Origin: Bdellovibrionaceae bacterium UBA2316
Lineage (GTDB): Bacteria > Bdellovibrionota > Bdellovibrionia > Bdellovibrionales > Bdellovibrionaceae
Reading direction: 5' to 3'
Length of the DNA stretch: 64,000 nucleotides
Assembly (NCBI GenBank): GCA_002345205.1
Contig: DDVI01000089.1
Location: 11,008 to 75,007, forward strand
The position numbers were made by a program, and so were the translations under genes. Under the pieces are notes generated by a model. That model worked only from the letters and a program-made list of their open reading frames with translations. It was not told where the DNA came from and did no database searches. Shown in pieces: positions 44,152 to 55,700 of the stretch. Position 1 is the stretch's first letter. Each line of letters starts with the position of its first letter.

Positions 44152-45991
44152 TTCCCATTCTCTGCGCATAGTTGTGACTAGGATCTGACGACATTTTTTC
44201 GATCATTGGTTTTTGAATATAAATTAAATCTTCCAGCGAGCAATAACCATAGAGACTGGATGGACAACCATATATCAAATGTTGAGAGTAAACAGAATTA
44301 ATTACCCGAGCTTGATCCGAATAGCTCATAGACTGATGAATGCTAAGCAATTGGCTGTGAGCAGCTTTCATTCCCGTATCAAATTCTAACGTCGAAAGTT
44401 TTTTAATTTCCGGCAAGTTAGGATCGCAGCTTAAATCACGTCCATTTGGGTAGCATACTCGAATGGCGTTAGCCACAAGGTCTTTCCTAAAATTGAAACT
44501 GTACATTAGGAAAGACACCTGCAGGAAACTCAGCTGCAAATTCGTTAAATTATTTAGTCCCCATCGCTGCGCATAGGTAACGCTAGGATCAGAGGACATC
44601 TTATCAGAAATTCCGTTTATATTGAAAATGTAATCAGAATACTTAACAGGGACCGTGTTTCGTCCAAAGAAAATATCGGTCTTGAATAAACTCATCAGAT
44701 CTATTTTTTCACGTTCGGGAAGCGTATCTACCAAACGCAGAAGCTGGTCTCGTTTTTCTCGGAATCGTTTATCTTTACTTGGTGTTGAATACTGATCAAA
44801 AGGCAATCCCAGTGGATCGCAATATTGATAGTGGCAAAAAACCGTTCCCTGTAATGTAGTGACCAGGCGATCGTTCAAATCATTGTATAAAGACCTAGCT
44901 AATGAATAGGCTTTTTTGTACGGAGCAATTTTAAATCCCAGCTTCTCATATATATGGGCATGAAATTCATCGAATGACATATCGGCATTTTCATATTGCT
45001 CCAGCGAATAGCCAGGCATTGATGATTTAGCAACTAATTTCCATTTACCGCTCTTAAGAATGGGCCAACGCCATTTTAGAAAGCCTCCTGAATTGGAAGC
45101 ATGATAGCGAATATCTGCTTGAGTCTTGTAAGCATATTCACTGGATGGCTCATTACCATAGAGCACCGAAATACACTCAGCACCACAATAGCTTTGGAAG
45201 CCAACATCATAGATCACTTGAGTGTGGCCCGTGTTACCCGATCGTAACGTTAGAATGACGGATCCGGGAGTCACAAATTCAGTATTTATTTTAATTGGAT
45301 AAAGATCATTGAATATACTATGAGTGTAGGTCGAATCAAAAAGGTAGCGCATAGCTGCCTTGAACCGTTCATCTTTTTTCCAATCCGCGTCTGTCGGCAA
45401 TGTACTCCATTTTTTTGATTCACTAAAATGTCCGAATAATTTTCCAGAACCAGCTAGTGAATTCAACATGGGTAGCTTGTTATCATGGGCGTATATCCAG
45501 CGACCTAACAAAGCGTAATCTGCACAATCAAATTCAAGGCCACTACCAACCGCCAAGTTAGTCGACGCATTTTTTTTAAACCAGTCTGCAAATTTTTTTT
45601 CATCCTCAATCGACCACTCATTTTTAATTGGCGACCACAGTGGCGAAGGCGCCTTGTTTAATTTACCAATTTCGTTATCCTTATAAAAGGAACTGGGTCT
45701 ATGAATTAGATCATTTAAGTGTATAAAATACTTTGCTCTATCTAAGACTTCGTTAAGCTTTTTTCCATTAAATTTTGAACGCTCGATGACCACTTGTGAT
45801 GTCTGTCTCTGATCCACTTTAATAGCAGGATCATCCACTACTAAGAGAAAAATGCCGCCCTCGTATTCATTTAAAATTACCCAACGATTCCACTTTGCGC
45901 CCTTAGGATCTGTATAACTATTTGTGAATTGCTTTGCCAAAACAGGGGCCGCAAATAAAAAAGAAGTAAGTAAAAAAACATAGGTGGTCAT
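44144..45991 (-). CDS. Secreted protein with a putative papain-fold (NlpC/P60- or transglutaminase-like) Cys/His core and a duplicated C-terminal domain
   Basis: It has a signal peptide (…APVLAKQ), a candidate nucleophile in EFDCADYALLGRWIYA, and a candidate His in SGNTGHTQVIYDV. Two copies of a module run from (Y/S)CDP to KMSSDPSxxYAQRxG(L/I)N. Confidence 0.65.
   Translation of the reverse strand: MTTYVFLLTSFLFAAPVLAKQFTNSYTDPKGAKWNRWVILNEYEGGIFLLVVDDPAIKVDQRQTSQVVIERSKFNGKKLNEVLDRAKYFIHLNDLIHRPSSFYKDNEIGKLNKAPSPLWSPIKNEWSIEDEKKFADWFKKNASTNLAVGSGLEFDCADYALLGRWIYAHDNKLPMLNSLAGSGKLFGHFSESKKWSTLPTDADWKKDERFKAAMRYLFDSTYTHSIFNDLYPIKINTEFVTPGSVILTLRSGNTGHTQVIYDVGFQSYCGAECISVLYGNEPSSEYAYKTQADIRYHASNSGGFLKWRWPILKSGKWKLVAKSSMPGYSLEQYENADMSFDEFHAHIYEKLGFKIAPYKKAYSLARSLYNDLNDRLVTTLQGTVFCHYQYCDPLGLPFDQYSTPSKDKRFREKRDQLLRLVDTLPEREKIDLMSLFKTDIFFGRNTVPVKYSDYIFNINGISDKMSSDPSVTYAQRWGLNNLTNLQLSFLQVSFLMYSFNFRKDLVANAIRVCYPNGRDLSCDPNLPEIKKLSTLEFDTGMKAAHSQLLSIHQSMSYSDQARVINSVYSQHLIYGCPSSLYGYCSLEDLIYIQKPMIEKMSSDPSHNYAQRMGIN
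44147..44830 (-). repeat. Intragenic tandem duplication of a roughly 110-120-aa module, each copy ending in MSSDPS-x-x-YAQR-x-G-(L/I)-N
   Basis: The repeat is also visible at the DNA level. CCCATTCTCTGCGCATAGTTGTGACTAGGATCTGACGACAT (about 44155-44195) resembles CCCATCGCTGCGCATAGGTAACGCTAGGATCAGAGGACAT (about 44560-44600). Confidence 0.6.
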
Positions 45992-46199
45992 ATTTACCTA
46001 CTTCGGTTGTCCATAACATTACTCGTGCCAATCACTACCTTTTTTAGACTTTTTTATAGAGGCAGTATGTTATTATTTTAACGCTAAGACACATGGACGA
46101 CTAGACCTTTGTCTTGTTTCAAGTAAATCTTAGTACCCGGCTAAAAATGACATTTTCACAGGTCACGAGTTGCCTATTTTTCGCCTGCGGGGTAAAAAA

Positions 46200-48749
46200 A
46201 TGTCTCATTTCCTTAGAAAAGGTTGGTGTCTTTTGGAAAGCACAGGCGATTTTCCTTTTTCAGCTACAGACAAAGTTCCCTCAGGAACAACCTATGCGCG
46301 CGAAAATTTTTTTGAACTTGCTGAATCGATTCCTAGTTTTGTCTGGACGACTGATGCGCAAGGAAATATCGAATATTTCAATCGAGAATATCAATCTTAT
46401 TTGGGAATGGCTGTCAGCCAGGACAGCCTGTTGTTTTGGTCCCAAGCTGTTCATGAAAATGATCGCGCAGAGTCCTACTCACGGTGGACGAAATGTTTAT
46501 CTACCGGAGATGCGTTCGAAAAGGAACACCGCCTACTCTCAAGCGATGGAACTTACAATTGGTTTTTAAGCCGAGCTATTCCCATTCGAAACAGCGAAAA
46601 CCAAGTTTATCGCTGGATCGGTACGGCCACTAATATTGAAAAACAAAAAAGTATTCTATTTAGTCTTCAAAGCTCAAAACACCGTTTAGAAATTATTCTT
46701 GAGGGCATAACAGATGGAGTTACCGCTTTTGATCGCGATGGAAATTTTGTCTATGCAAATCCTGCTGGTGCACACATGTGTGGATTTAAATCTGTTGCCG
46801 AGATGTTGTCGACTCCTACCGATCAGGTTATGGATAGATACCTTATCTTAGATGAACAAGGGCAAGCCTTTGCAAACGAAAAACTACCTGGACGACTGGC
46901 GCTTAAAGGTGTAAAAAATCCTCCCGAAACGGTCGTACAAATTGAAATGAAAGATACTGGCAAACGCAATTGGGTTCTGATAAGTGCCGCGCCTGTGTTT
47001 GATGAAACTGGTGAAGTTCTATACGCTGTATCTATTTTTCGTGATTTCACGATTCATAAAGAGAATGAAAATTCGCTTAAAAGCCGTGAGTCCGCATTTC
47101 GCTTGATAGCCGAAACGGGAATCATTCTTAATTCATCACTAGACTACTTGGCGACATTGCAAAAATTATGTGAACTGATTGTTCCCCTGCTTGCAGACTG
47201 GTGTACAATCGACGTCATTTCAGATCCCAAAGATCCTAAAACGATAAATTGGCATTGGAATCCCGCCAAGCGAAAGTGGGCCGAAGAGTATCAAAGAAAG
47301 TACCGTACTGATTGGCGATCGTCACCGGGAACAGCACGAGTCTTTAGTACCGGAAAATCCGAACTGTACGAAACTATTTCTATGGAGTTACTCGAGGCAA
47401 GTATTGCAAATCCAGATCAGCTAAAAGAGATTCGCAAAATTGGAATGAGTTCAATTATGTGTGTTCCGATTGTGGCAAATAATAAAGTTCTTGGAGCCAT
47501 CACCTTTGTAGCGTCTGAATCGAAACGAAAATTTTCTTCCTTTGATTTAACTCTAGCTGAAGACGTGGGCCGACGTGCTGGCTTAGCCATTGATCAATCT
47601 TTGCTTTATGAAAGTGAACGTCATGCGCGTGAACAAGCGGAGAATGCTAATAATTCAAAATCTACGTTTTTGGCCAATATGTCCCACGAAATCCGTACAC
47701 CGTTAAATGCGTTAATTGGCTTCAATGAACTTCTGCGCTCAGATGCCTTAAGTAAAGATGAACGCGCAGAATATCACAATATTATTCAACGTAATGGAGA
47801 ACTTCTATTACACCTTATAGATGATATTTTGGATTTATCTAAAGTTGAAGCAGGTCATTTGGCAGTAGAAACAGTTACCGTTTCACTTTCTGATCTGCTT
47901 GAGGAAATTAATTCTTTCAAAACAGCACGGGCATCCGCAAAAGGACTTAAATTCGTTATGGATGTTGCGCCCGATGTACCGCATGAATTCGTTACGGATC
48001 CTTTGCGATTGAAGCAGATTTTAAACAATATCATTGGAAATGCTATTAAATTTACGTCAAACGGATTTGTTAGAGTCACGGTAAGCTGCGATAGAATTCG
48101 CCGCAAACTTATCTTTAAAGTAATTGATAGTGGGATAGGCATCCTGCCAAAAGATCGAGAAAAGCTATTCCAACCGTTTAGTCAGGCGGATGCTTCTGTT
48201 ACCAGAAAATACGGTGGTACAGGCTTAGGACTAATTTTATCCAAACGATTGGCACAACGCTTAGGGGGAGACCTTGTTTTAGAGGATGCTAAAGACAATA
48301 AAGGTGCTACATTTAGAATTGAAATCGCTTCAGATTTAATAGCAAACTCTGTCGTTGAAAAAATCAACATATTGCCCGAAAAATCTGTTAAAGGTCTCAA
48401 AATTTTGGTGGTTGATGATTCTATCGACAACCAAGTTCTAATTGAACATATTCTGAAATCACGAGGCGCCGCAATCGAAACTGCTGACAATGGCCAAATT
48501 GGAGTGAACAAAGCCTTAGAAAAAGAATACGATGTTGTACTTATGGACGTACAAATGCCCGTTCTAGATGGACATTCCGCTACTCGCATTTTGCGCGAAA
48601 AAGGCTATTCACGCCCGATTATTGGCCTTACCGCCCATGCCATGCAAGATGATCGTCGCCGATGCCTAGAAGCAGGCTGTTCTGATTATCTAACTAAACC
48701 TATCCGCACAGATATGTTGATTCAGACTATCAGTCGTCATATTACTTAA
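46200..48749 (+). CDS. Hybrid sensor histidine kinase (PAS-PAS-GAF-HisKA-HATPase-REC)
   Basis: It has an H-box MSHEIRTPLN, an N-box NAIKFT, a G-box DSGIGI...GGTGLGL, and a receiver domain with VLMDVQMPVLDG and a conserved K in LTKP. I chose the start at ATG 46200; the track has TTG 46170. Confidence 0.9.
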   Translation: MSHFLRKGWCLLESTGDFPFSATDKVPSGTTYARENFFELAESIPSFVWTTDAQGNIEYFNREYQSYLGMAVSQDSLLFWSQAVHENDRAESYSRWTKCLSTGDAFEKEHRLLSSDGTYNWFLSRAIPIRNSENQVYRWIGTATNIEKQKSILFSLQSSKHRLEIILEGITDGVTAFDRDGNFVYANPAGAHMCGFKSVAEMLSTPTDQVMDRYLILDEQGQAFANEKLPGRLALKGVKNPPETVVQIEMKDTGKRNWVLISAAPVFDETGEVLYAVSIFRDFTIHKENENSLKSRESAFRLIAETGIILNSSLDYLATLQKLCELIVPLLADWCTIDVISDPKDPKTINWHWNPAKRKWAEEYQRKYRTDWRSSPGTARVFSTGKSELYETISMELLEASIANPDQLKEIRKIGMSSIMCVPIVANNKVLGAITFVASESKRKFSSFDLTLAEDVGRRAGLAIDQSLLYESERHAREQAENANNSKSTFLANMSHEIRTPLNALIGFNELLRSDALSKDERAEYHNIIQRNGELLLHLIDDILDLSKVEAGHLAVETVTVSLSDLLEEINSFKTARASAKGLKFVMDVAPDVPHEFVTDPLRLKQILNNIIGNAIKFTSNGFVRVTVSCDRIRRKLIFKVIDSGIGILPKDREKLFQPFSQADASVTRKYGGTGLGLILSKRLAQRLGGDLVLEDAKDNKGATFRIEIASDLIANSVVEKINILPEKSVKGLKILVVDDSIDNQVLIEHILKSRGAAIETADNGQIGVNKALEKEYDVVLMDVQMPVLDGHSATRILREKGYSRPIIGLTAHAMQDDRRRCLEAGCSDYLTKPIRTDMLIQTISRHIT

Positions 48750-48754
48750 TAGGT

Positions 48755-49660
48755 ATGGGTAAAAATCACTCGCACCATCATCGCGGACACTCGCATGGCT
48801 CAAGCTCATCTCGAATGGGCATCGCCTTTTTATTGAACCTTTTTTTCGCCATTATTGAACTAGTGGGTGGACTTTATACCAATAGTTTAGCGATACTTTC
48901 AGATGCCTTCCACGATCTAGGCGATGCTTTGGCCATCGCGCTGGCTTGGTTTTTAGAAAAAAAATCTAAAAAAGGTAGTACATTAGAATTTTCATACGGA
49001 TATCGCAGACTCAGCGTGCTGGGCGCACTCATAACAGGCTTAATTTTAATGACAGGGTCTGGACTCATTTTAGCAAAAGCCATTCCCCGACTATTTAATC
49101 CCGAAGAAACTAACGTTGAAGGTATGTTGCTGCTTTCAATTTTAGGTATTTCTGTTAATGGCTTTGCCGCCTTTCGTATGTCCAAAGGCACTTCGTTAAA
49201 TGAAAAAATGATCCTTTGGCATTTGTTAGAAGATGTTATGGGCTGGGTCGCTATTTTTGTGGGTTCAATCGTTATGATGTTCTACAAGCTACCTGTCCTT
49301 GATCCCATCATGGCGATCGGTATTGCAGTTTGGGTATTGTGGAATGTTTTTAAAAACATAAAGACGACTTTGAACGTATTCTTGCAAGCTACTCCTGACG
49401 GCATCACTATTTCAAGCGTAACTGAAAAGATTAAACAGGTACAATTGGTCAAAAGCGTTCATCATCTGCACCTATGGTCAATGGATGGAGATCACCATAT
49501 TTTAACGACACATTTGGTTGTAGACGACAGTGCCACCAAAGATGAAGTTCATAAAATGAAAATTAATTTGAAGAAGATTTTAATGGACGAGTTCCATATC
49601 ACCGAAGCGACTATAGAAGTCGAATGGCCGAATCAATCGTGTTCTGATCCTAAACACTAG
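48755..49660 (+). CDS. Cation diffusion facilitator (CzcD/ZitB-like) divalent metal efflux transporter
   Basis: It has a His-rich N-terminus (HSHHHRGHSHG), a TM2 LSDAFHDLGD motif, a TM5 HLLEDVMGW motif, and a C-terminal cytoplasmic domain. Confidence 0.9.
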   Translation: MGKNHSHHHRGHSHGSSSSRMGIAFLLNLFFAIIELVGGLYTNSLAILSDAFHDLGDALAIALAWFLEKKSKKGSTLEFSYGYRRLSVLGALITGLILMTGSGLILAKAIPRLFNPEETNVEGMLLLSILGISVNGFAAFRMSKGTSLNEKMILWHLLEDVMGWVAIFVGSIVMMFYKLPVLDPIMAIGIAVWVLWNVFKNIKTTLNVFLQATPDGITISSVTEKIKQVQLVKSVHHLHLWSMDGDHHILTTHLVVDDSATKDEVHKMKINLKKILMDEFHITEATIEVEWPNQSCSDPKH

Positions 49661-49664
49661 GATT

Positions 49665-49710
49665 AAAAAAAAAGCTCCAGACTGTTTCCAATCCGGAGCT
49701 TTCGAATTTA
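49665..49710. terminator. Bidirectional rho-independent terminator between convergent genes
   Basis: An A-run is followed by an 8-bp stem, AAAGCTCC (49671-49678) pairing with GGAGCTTT (49695-49702), which can extend inward with one mismatch. T-rich sequence follows, so U-tracts are available on both strands. Confidence 0.6.
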
Positions 49711-49725
49711 ATCTGTCCTAAATAA

Positions 49726-51741
49726 TTACCAAATTACGATGCGATCTTTATCAGAAAGAACCATCGGTTGGCCGGCTTTACAGTCAAAGGCTTCTTGGAA
49801 ACCAGGTTGATGTTTAACTTGTTCATTAATTCGCGCCCAACCCAAAGCATGTGGATCTGTCTTTAGCTGCTTTTCCTTGTAACCATCCCGCTTTACTTCA
49901 CACCAAGTGCGTGCATAAGAAACGAAGAACTTTTGCTTATTTTCTTTTGTTCCTTGGTTATCTTTAAACGCTGCTTTGTACGCAAAACTTAAACCCACAA
50001 GGTCAGCTACGTTTTCACCAAGAGTTAATTTTCCGTTATGACCTGCTTTATCAAACTGGGCGACCATACGTTGGCCACGCTTTTGGAACTCAGCTAGATC
50101 ATTCATAGTCATCCAAACACGCAAAGTACCTTTGTCGTCATAGCGTGACCCTTGATCGTCGATACCGTGACCAAGCTCGTGCCCCATGACAGCGCCCACC
50201 GCACCCAGATTTTCTTCCAATGTATTTTTGTCATCGAAGAAAGGGTATTGCAAAATACCCATAGGCATTACGAATTTATTTTCGCTTGGAGAGAAGTACG
50301 CATTAACCGTTAACGGCCCCATACCCCAAGCATCTTTGTTAACTGGTTCTTTCATTTCTTTAATCGTCTTCTTGATCAAAGCAACTCGTAGTCTTTGTGC
50401 ATTCTTGATTGGCTCTGTCGCAGAGTACTTTTGAATTGGGTTGAAATTCCACTCACGATCTGTTTGAGGAGCTACGACTTGCAAACGGCAGGTTGTGATT
50501 TTCTTTTTAGCTGTTTCTTTTGCTTCCGCAGATAACCACGTGCTTTTATTAATTCCATCTAAAATAGACCCACGAATTTTTTCAGAAATCTCTACTACTT
50601 TTTGCTTAGGGAAATTTGGAAATAGTCTTTGCATTAGAACTTCATCTACTTCTTTTTCGAATTCGTTCATCATTCGTAGAGTACAGCGTTCTTGGCGAAC
50701 GGGACGAGTTTCCGGACCACCTAAATGTTTTTTATTGAATGCAAATTTCTTTGCAAAAAATTCGGGGTAGCCATCATCCATTAAACCAGATGCGGTTCTA
50801 TATAAATAGATATCTTTAAGAGTCTCTAGGTTTTTTTCTGTTAAGTATTCATTGTAAAACTTAAATCCCTCAGGAATGTTTACGCGAACATTTAACTTCT
50901 TAGGAACATGTTTGAAGTACACTTCGGCGCCCACATTAGGAAAATCTTTTAAGAATTGCGCTTGCGGCATATCACGCTTTTCACCCCAACGCTGACGACG
51001 TTCTGCCGCCTTAGGATAACGCTGCACAAATTCAGTTTCTAAATTGTACATATTTTCAATTCGAACTTTCATTTCTTCAGCCGTCATAGTTGGATATACG
51101 GTTTTGAAAAACTCAGTCATAACTGCTTTGTAATCCGCAACTAGTTCTGGTTTTTCATAATAACCGTGATCTGGTAAACCCATGAAGCTTACTGCCATAT
51201 AGGCATCGTATACGTCCGAATTGTCAGAGTTTGCAGAGCTATCAAATACGATGAGGTTTGATTTTCCAGCAAAGAAGTTATCAGAGTCTAATTTTAGGAA
51301 GTCTTTTACCGTTTTAACTTTTGCAATCGCTTTAACTCGTTCCGCTATCGCCGACTTTTCTTCTTTTGCGCCAGCGCTTTCATTCATACAGGCCATGTAG
51401 AAATTTTTTATTTGCATTGCACGCGGAGTTAGCTTCTTTTCTTTGTCGATATTAGAAAAGAACTCTTTCTTTTTATTTAAGATTCTTTCAAATGAATCGC
51501 TAAATGAAAAAGTGTGAGAGCTGCGATCTGGACGAAGCTCAAATGAGTTTTCAACATCACTACAAACGTAATCATGAAAATTCTCACACGCAGATATCGT
51601 TGAGCTTAAAGGAAATGTCCTTCTTTCTGGAATCTCACTTGTTTTTTTGCTCATTGGTAACGCCTTAGTATCCGTATTTTGGTGTGCCTGTGTTGTGATA
51701 AACGCAAAAGCAGACAGACCCGCTAACAAAAATGCTTTCAT
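49726..51741 (-). CDS. pepO: M13-family zinc metalloendopeptidase (PepO/endothelin-converting-enzyme-like), secreted
   Basis: It has a signal peptide, the HELGHG zinc motif, ENVADLVG (ENxADxGG) and the C-terminal W typical of M13. Confidence 0.9.
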   Translation of the reverse strand: MKAFLLAGLSAFAFITTQAHQNTDTKALPMSKKTSEIPERRTFPLSSTISACENFHDYVCSDVENSFELRPDRSSHTFSFSDSFERILNKKKEFFSNIDKEKKLTPRAMQIKNFYMACMNESAGAKEEKSAIAERVKAIAKVKTVKDFLKLDSDNFFAGKSNLIVFDSSANSDNSDVYDAYMAVSFMGLPDHGYYEKPELVADYKAVMTEFFKTVYPTMTAEEMKVRIENMYNLETEFVQRYPKAAERRQRWGEKRDMPQAQFLKDFPNVGAEVYFKHVPKKLNVRVNIPEGFKFYNEYLTEKNLETLKDIYLYRTASGLMDDGYPEFFAKKFAFNKKHLGGPETRPVRQERCTLRMMNEFEKEVDEVLMQRLFPNFPKQKVVEISEKIRGSILDGINKSTWLSAEAKETAKKKITTCRLQVVAPQTDREWNFNPIQKYSATEPIKNAQRLRVALIKKTIKEMKEPVNKDAWGMGPLTVNAYFSPSENKFVMPMGILQYPFFDDKNTLEENLGAVGAVMGHELGHGIDDQGSRYDDKGTLRVWMTMNDLAEFQKRGQRMVAQFDKAGHNGKLTLGENVADLVGLSFAYKAAFKDNQGTKENKQKFFVSYARTWCEVKRDGYKEKQLKTDPHALGWARINEQVKHQPGFQEAFDCKAGQPMVLSDKDRIVIW

Positions 51742-51813
51742 ATATTTTTCCTTCTATTTAAAGATATTAGAAAATGATTGATATAATGCTAAGGTGGTCA
51801 GAATTTAATGTCA

Positions 51814-52695
51814 TTACTTTATATCAGTAATGATATCTCGCAAAAAATGATCGCGAAAATTATATGGTAACGAATAGTGTCCTTCACCATCGTATAGTTT
51901 AAAACGCACATCAGTAAGTTCTTCCTTCATGAATCGCGACCAGATCGGATGAACAACGTCGTCGGCGTTTCCGTGGTACAAATAGTAAGGAACTTTGATA
52001 TTTTTGATTTCAAATCCCCATGGTTGAAGATAGATACGCATATCAGACAAAAGTCCGTATGGCCCCTTCATAACCGAAAATTTAAATGTTTCGAACAAAA
52101 ATGGTCCCATTTCGGGATCATCCAAAACTTTTCGATCGTTAGGACTAACTCCTTCAAAATCTGAAGTTAGAATTTGATCAATACGATCAGCATTTCTATT
52201 ATACAGACGCTCGATAAAAAATTCCAACGCAGGCCGAGGCAGCATTTTGTTCAATAGATATATTTTCTTTTGAGCCTGATTTAAAAATGGAAACTTTTTT
52301 AACTCCATTGGCCCAATTCCGTTAATAGATAATGTCGCTTGCACTCGATGTCCTAAAAAGAAGGAAACAGCTGCGGCGTAGGGTCCACCGCCACTTACGC
52401 TAAGGACAACGAATTTTTCGTAACCTAATAAAGTCATGAGTTCATCGGTATTTTCCGCATATTTTTTTAGACTAAAATCGGGTTCATGTTCAGCTATTCC
52501 ATATCCGGGTCGATCCATCGCAATCATAAAAAAATCTTTTTCGTAAGGACTGCCTTTTAACAACATCTGGCCTTGTTTGCCCGTACCCGGAAAACCGTGA
52601 ACAAATAGAATCGGTTTTGCTAAGGGATTACCATACGTATAATAATGAACCTTTTTATTATATTTCGAAGTGAATGAATGAGCCTGCATTTCCAT
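51814..52695 (-). CDS. Alpha/beta-fold hydrolase
   Basis: It has an HG motif (FVHGFPGTG), a nucleophile region LSVSGGGPYA and a late His in GEGHYSLP. Confidence 0.75.
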   Translation of the reverse strand: MEMQAHSFTSKYNKKVHYYTYGNPLAKPILFVHGFPGTGKQGQMLLKGSPYEKDFFMIAMDRPGYGIAEHEPDFSLKKYAENTDELMTLLGYEKFVVLSVSGGGPYAAAVSFFLGHRVQATLSINGIGPMELKKFPFLNQAQKKIYLLNKMLPRPALEFFIERLYNRNADRIDQILTSDFEGVSPNDRKVLDDPEMGPFLFETFKFSVMKGPYGLLSDMRIYLQPWGFEIKNIKVPYYLYHGNADDVVHPIWSRFMKEELTDVRFKLYDGEGHYSLPYNFRDHFLRDIITDIK

Positions 52696-52774
52696 AAACG
52701 TGTGTTTGAATGTAGACCTATAACTTTAAAAGTTCAACTTGAACTCTGAAAAAATACCTCTAACCTTTATACTT

Positions 52775-55700
52775 ATGAATCTAATAGATATTTCAATTAA
52801 ACGTCCCGTATTTGCATGGATCTTGATGAGCGCGCTAATCATTTTTGGCGCAGTTGGTTTAAATCGAATGGGCGTCAGTCAACTGCCAGACGTTGATTTT
52901 CCCATTTTAAACATTTCAGTTAGTTACGAAGGGGCTGCGCCTGAGTTGATCGAAACGGAAATCCTAGATCCCATCGAACAACGTCTATTGAACGTTGAAG
53001 GAATTAACGAAATGAAATCCTCGGCCCGCCAAGGAACGGGAAGCGTTCGCCTTGAATTTGACATTAATCGAAATATTGACGTCGCCTTACAAGAAGTGCA
53101 ATCGAACCTTTCGCAGTTAGTTTTACCAAAAGAAATCGACCCGCCAGTTATTAGAAAATCGAACCCAGAAGAAGATCCTATTATGATACTTGGAATCTAC
53201 TCGGAAGATTCCAAGCTGAATATGATTAAATGGATTGATAACTATTTCTTGGATCAGATTCAATTTATACCAAAAATCGGTGAAGTTTCTATAGCCGGTT
53301 TCTCTACTAGAAATCTTCGTGTCTGGGTAGATCCCGTTAAATTGCGCAAACATGACTTAACTATTATTGATGTTCTGGAAGCCATTTCCACTCAGCATAT
53401 CGAATCGGCGGCAGGACAGTATGTTCATATGTCGCAAGAGTTACGCGTGAAATGGCAAGGTGAACTATTAAATGTTGAAGAATTTGGAAATATTCGAATC
53501 CTCCGTCGTGGCGGACAAATGGTTCAGCCGCAAACGGCTTTAAAAATTAAGGACGTCGCAAAAGTTGAAGAAGGGTTAAGCGATGTTCGACGTCTGGCCC
53601 GCATCAAAGGGAAAGACGCTATTTTTGTTAGCGTGAAAAAGCAACGCGGTACAAATGAAGTGACCCTTGCCGAAACTGTAAGAAAAAAAATTGAAGCCAT
53701 GAAACCAAATTTTCCCGAAGGCTATACGGCGCAGGTAAATATTGATTTCACCCTACCGACTAAAGCGACTGTTAATTCAACATTAGAAAAACTGGTTTTT
53801 GCGGGGGCAATCACTATCATTATCTGCTTTCTGTTCTTAGGAAGCATTCAATATGCCTTAAATATTCTTTTCTCTATTCCAACATCGATTTTGGGTGCAT
53901 TTATTATTTTATATTTTTCTAAAATGACTTTGAACCTGTTTACGCTACTTGCCCTAACGCTAGCAATCTCCATTGTTGTGGACGACGCCATAATGCTTTT
54001 GGAAAATATCGTTCGCCATTTCCGCATGGGAAAAAGCCCCGAGGTCGCCTCTTCAGAGGGATCAAAAGAAATATTACCTTCTGCTGTAGCGGCCTCATTG
54101 TCCGTGATCGCGATTTTTTTACCCGTAATTTTTATGGATGGTATTTGGGGTAAGTTTTTTTACCAATTTGGCGTGACAATGTCCGCAGCAATTTTACTCT
54201 CGCTACTGGAGGCCGTCACCATCACGCCGATGAGGGCCGCAGCATTCCTGTCATCAGATTCTAAACCCTCTAAGTTTGAACACTATGTAGATCGCGTTTC
54301 CGAAAGAGCCGCTCATGGATATCAAAAGATTTTAGTTTTATGCTTAAAATTTCCGAAGACCGTCGTCGTCGTATCACTTCTTATATTTATTATCTCGCTA
54401 AAATTAATTCCATCAGTTAAGAAAGAACTTTTACCACCGCAGGATCAAAACATCATTCTTTTGACTGCTATGACAACTCCCGGTAGTTCATTGGATTCCA
54501 CGTATAGAAAGTCTTTAGAAATTGAGGATGTAGTCAGTAAACGCGAAGAAATTGCAGGATACATTGTAAGTGTCGGCCTGGGCGGCATGAGTCCTACGGT
54601 TAACAATATTACTATTCCTATGTATTTAAAACCGAAAGAACAAAGAAAACTCTCTCATTTAAAAATCATGGATGAATTACGTGAAAAATTTAAATCCATT
54701 AAGGGAGTTCGAATTCAAATGCGTGATATTTCTTCACGCGGAATTACGTCTGGACGATCATTTCCGGTAGCTTTTAACTTACGCGGCCCCGATTTAATGG
54801 TTTTAAAGGAAAAAGCCGACGTCATAATGAAAAAACTGACGGAGTTTCAGTTGGCACAGGATCTAGATACCGATTTCAAACTGGGGTTACCAGAACTGAA
54901 AATCGCTCCTAAATCACAGGGTGAATTGTACAATATGGGTTTAACGAAAGAAACCATAAGTCGTACACTAGCGGCCTCCGTTGGGGGCGTTCGCCAAGGG
55001 CGCTACACTGCCGATGGAAAACGTTATGATATTCGCGTGAAAATTCCAGAGGCCATTATAAACTCTGAGGACGAAATTGGTTCCCTAGGTGTTAGAAATA
55101 TTTTTGGAAATATATTATCGCTATCTAGCGCCGTAAATATGGAAAAGATTGGTTCGATGCAGACAATCACTCGAATTAATCGCCAGCGTACGGTTTCAGT
55201 ATTTGGCTCGCTTCTGCCAGGCGCTTCGCAAAGTGACATTTTAAAGAAGGCCCAAGAGATTGCCGAAAAAGAACTTCCAGATGGTTATAGCTTTGCCCTT
55301 GAGGGAGCCGCTTCAGGATTAAACGAAGCGTTTTCGACTCTTACGTCAGCACTTTTCATCGGCATCCTTGTTGCGTATATGATTTTGGCGATTCAGTTTA
55401 ATTCGTTTATTCATCCCGTAGTGATATTGATTGCATTACCATTTAGTATCACCGGAGCCTTTCTAGCTCTATGGATGGCCGGAGTTTCTTTAAATTTATT
55501 TAGCTTTATCGGAATAATCGTTTTAATGGGAATCGCCAAAAAGAACTCGATCTTGTTGGTCGAATTTACAAATCAAATGCGCGATCGATTTGGATCTAAG
55601 GCAAATTACAACAACAGTAAAGATCGTGAACTAGTTAAAAAATCTCTTCTTGAAGCCTGCCCGATTCGCTTACGTCCAATCCTAATGACGTCCGTCGCGA

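Noticed and set aside
46114-46569. A 151-aa plus-strand ORF overlapping the 5' end of the histidine kinase gene in another frame.
   Set aside because: The kinase frame continues for 850 aa with PAS/GAF/HisKA motifs. The alternative frame has no features and is most likely spurious.
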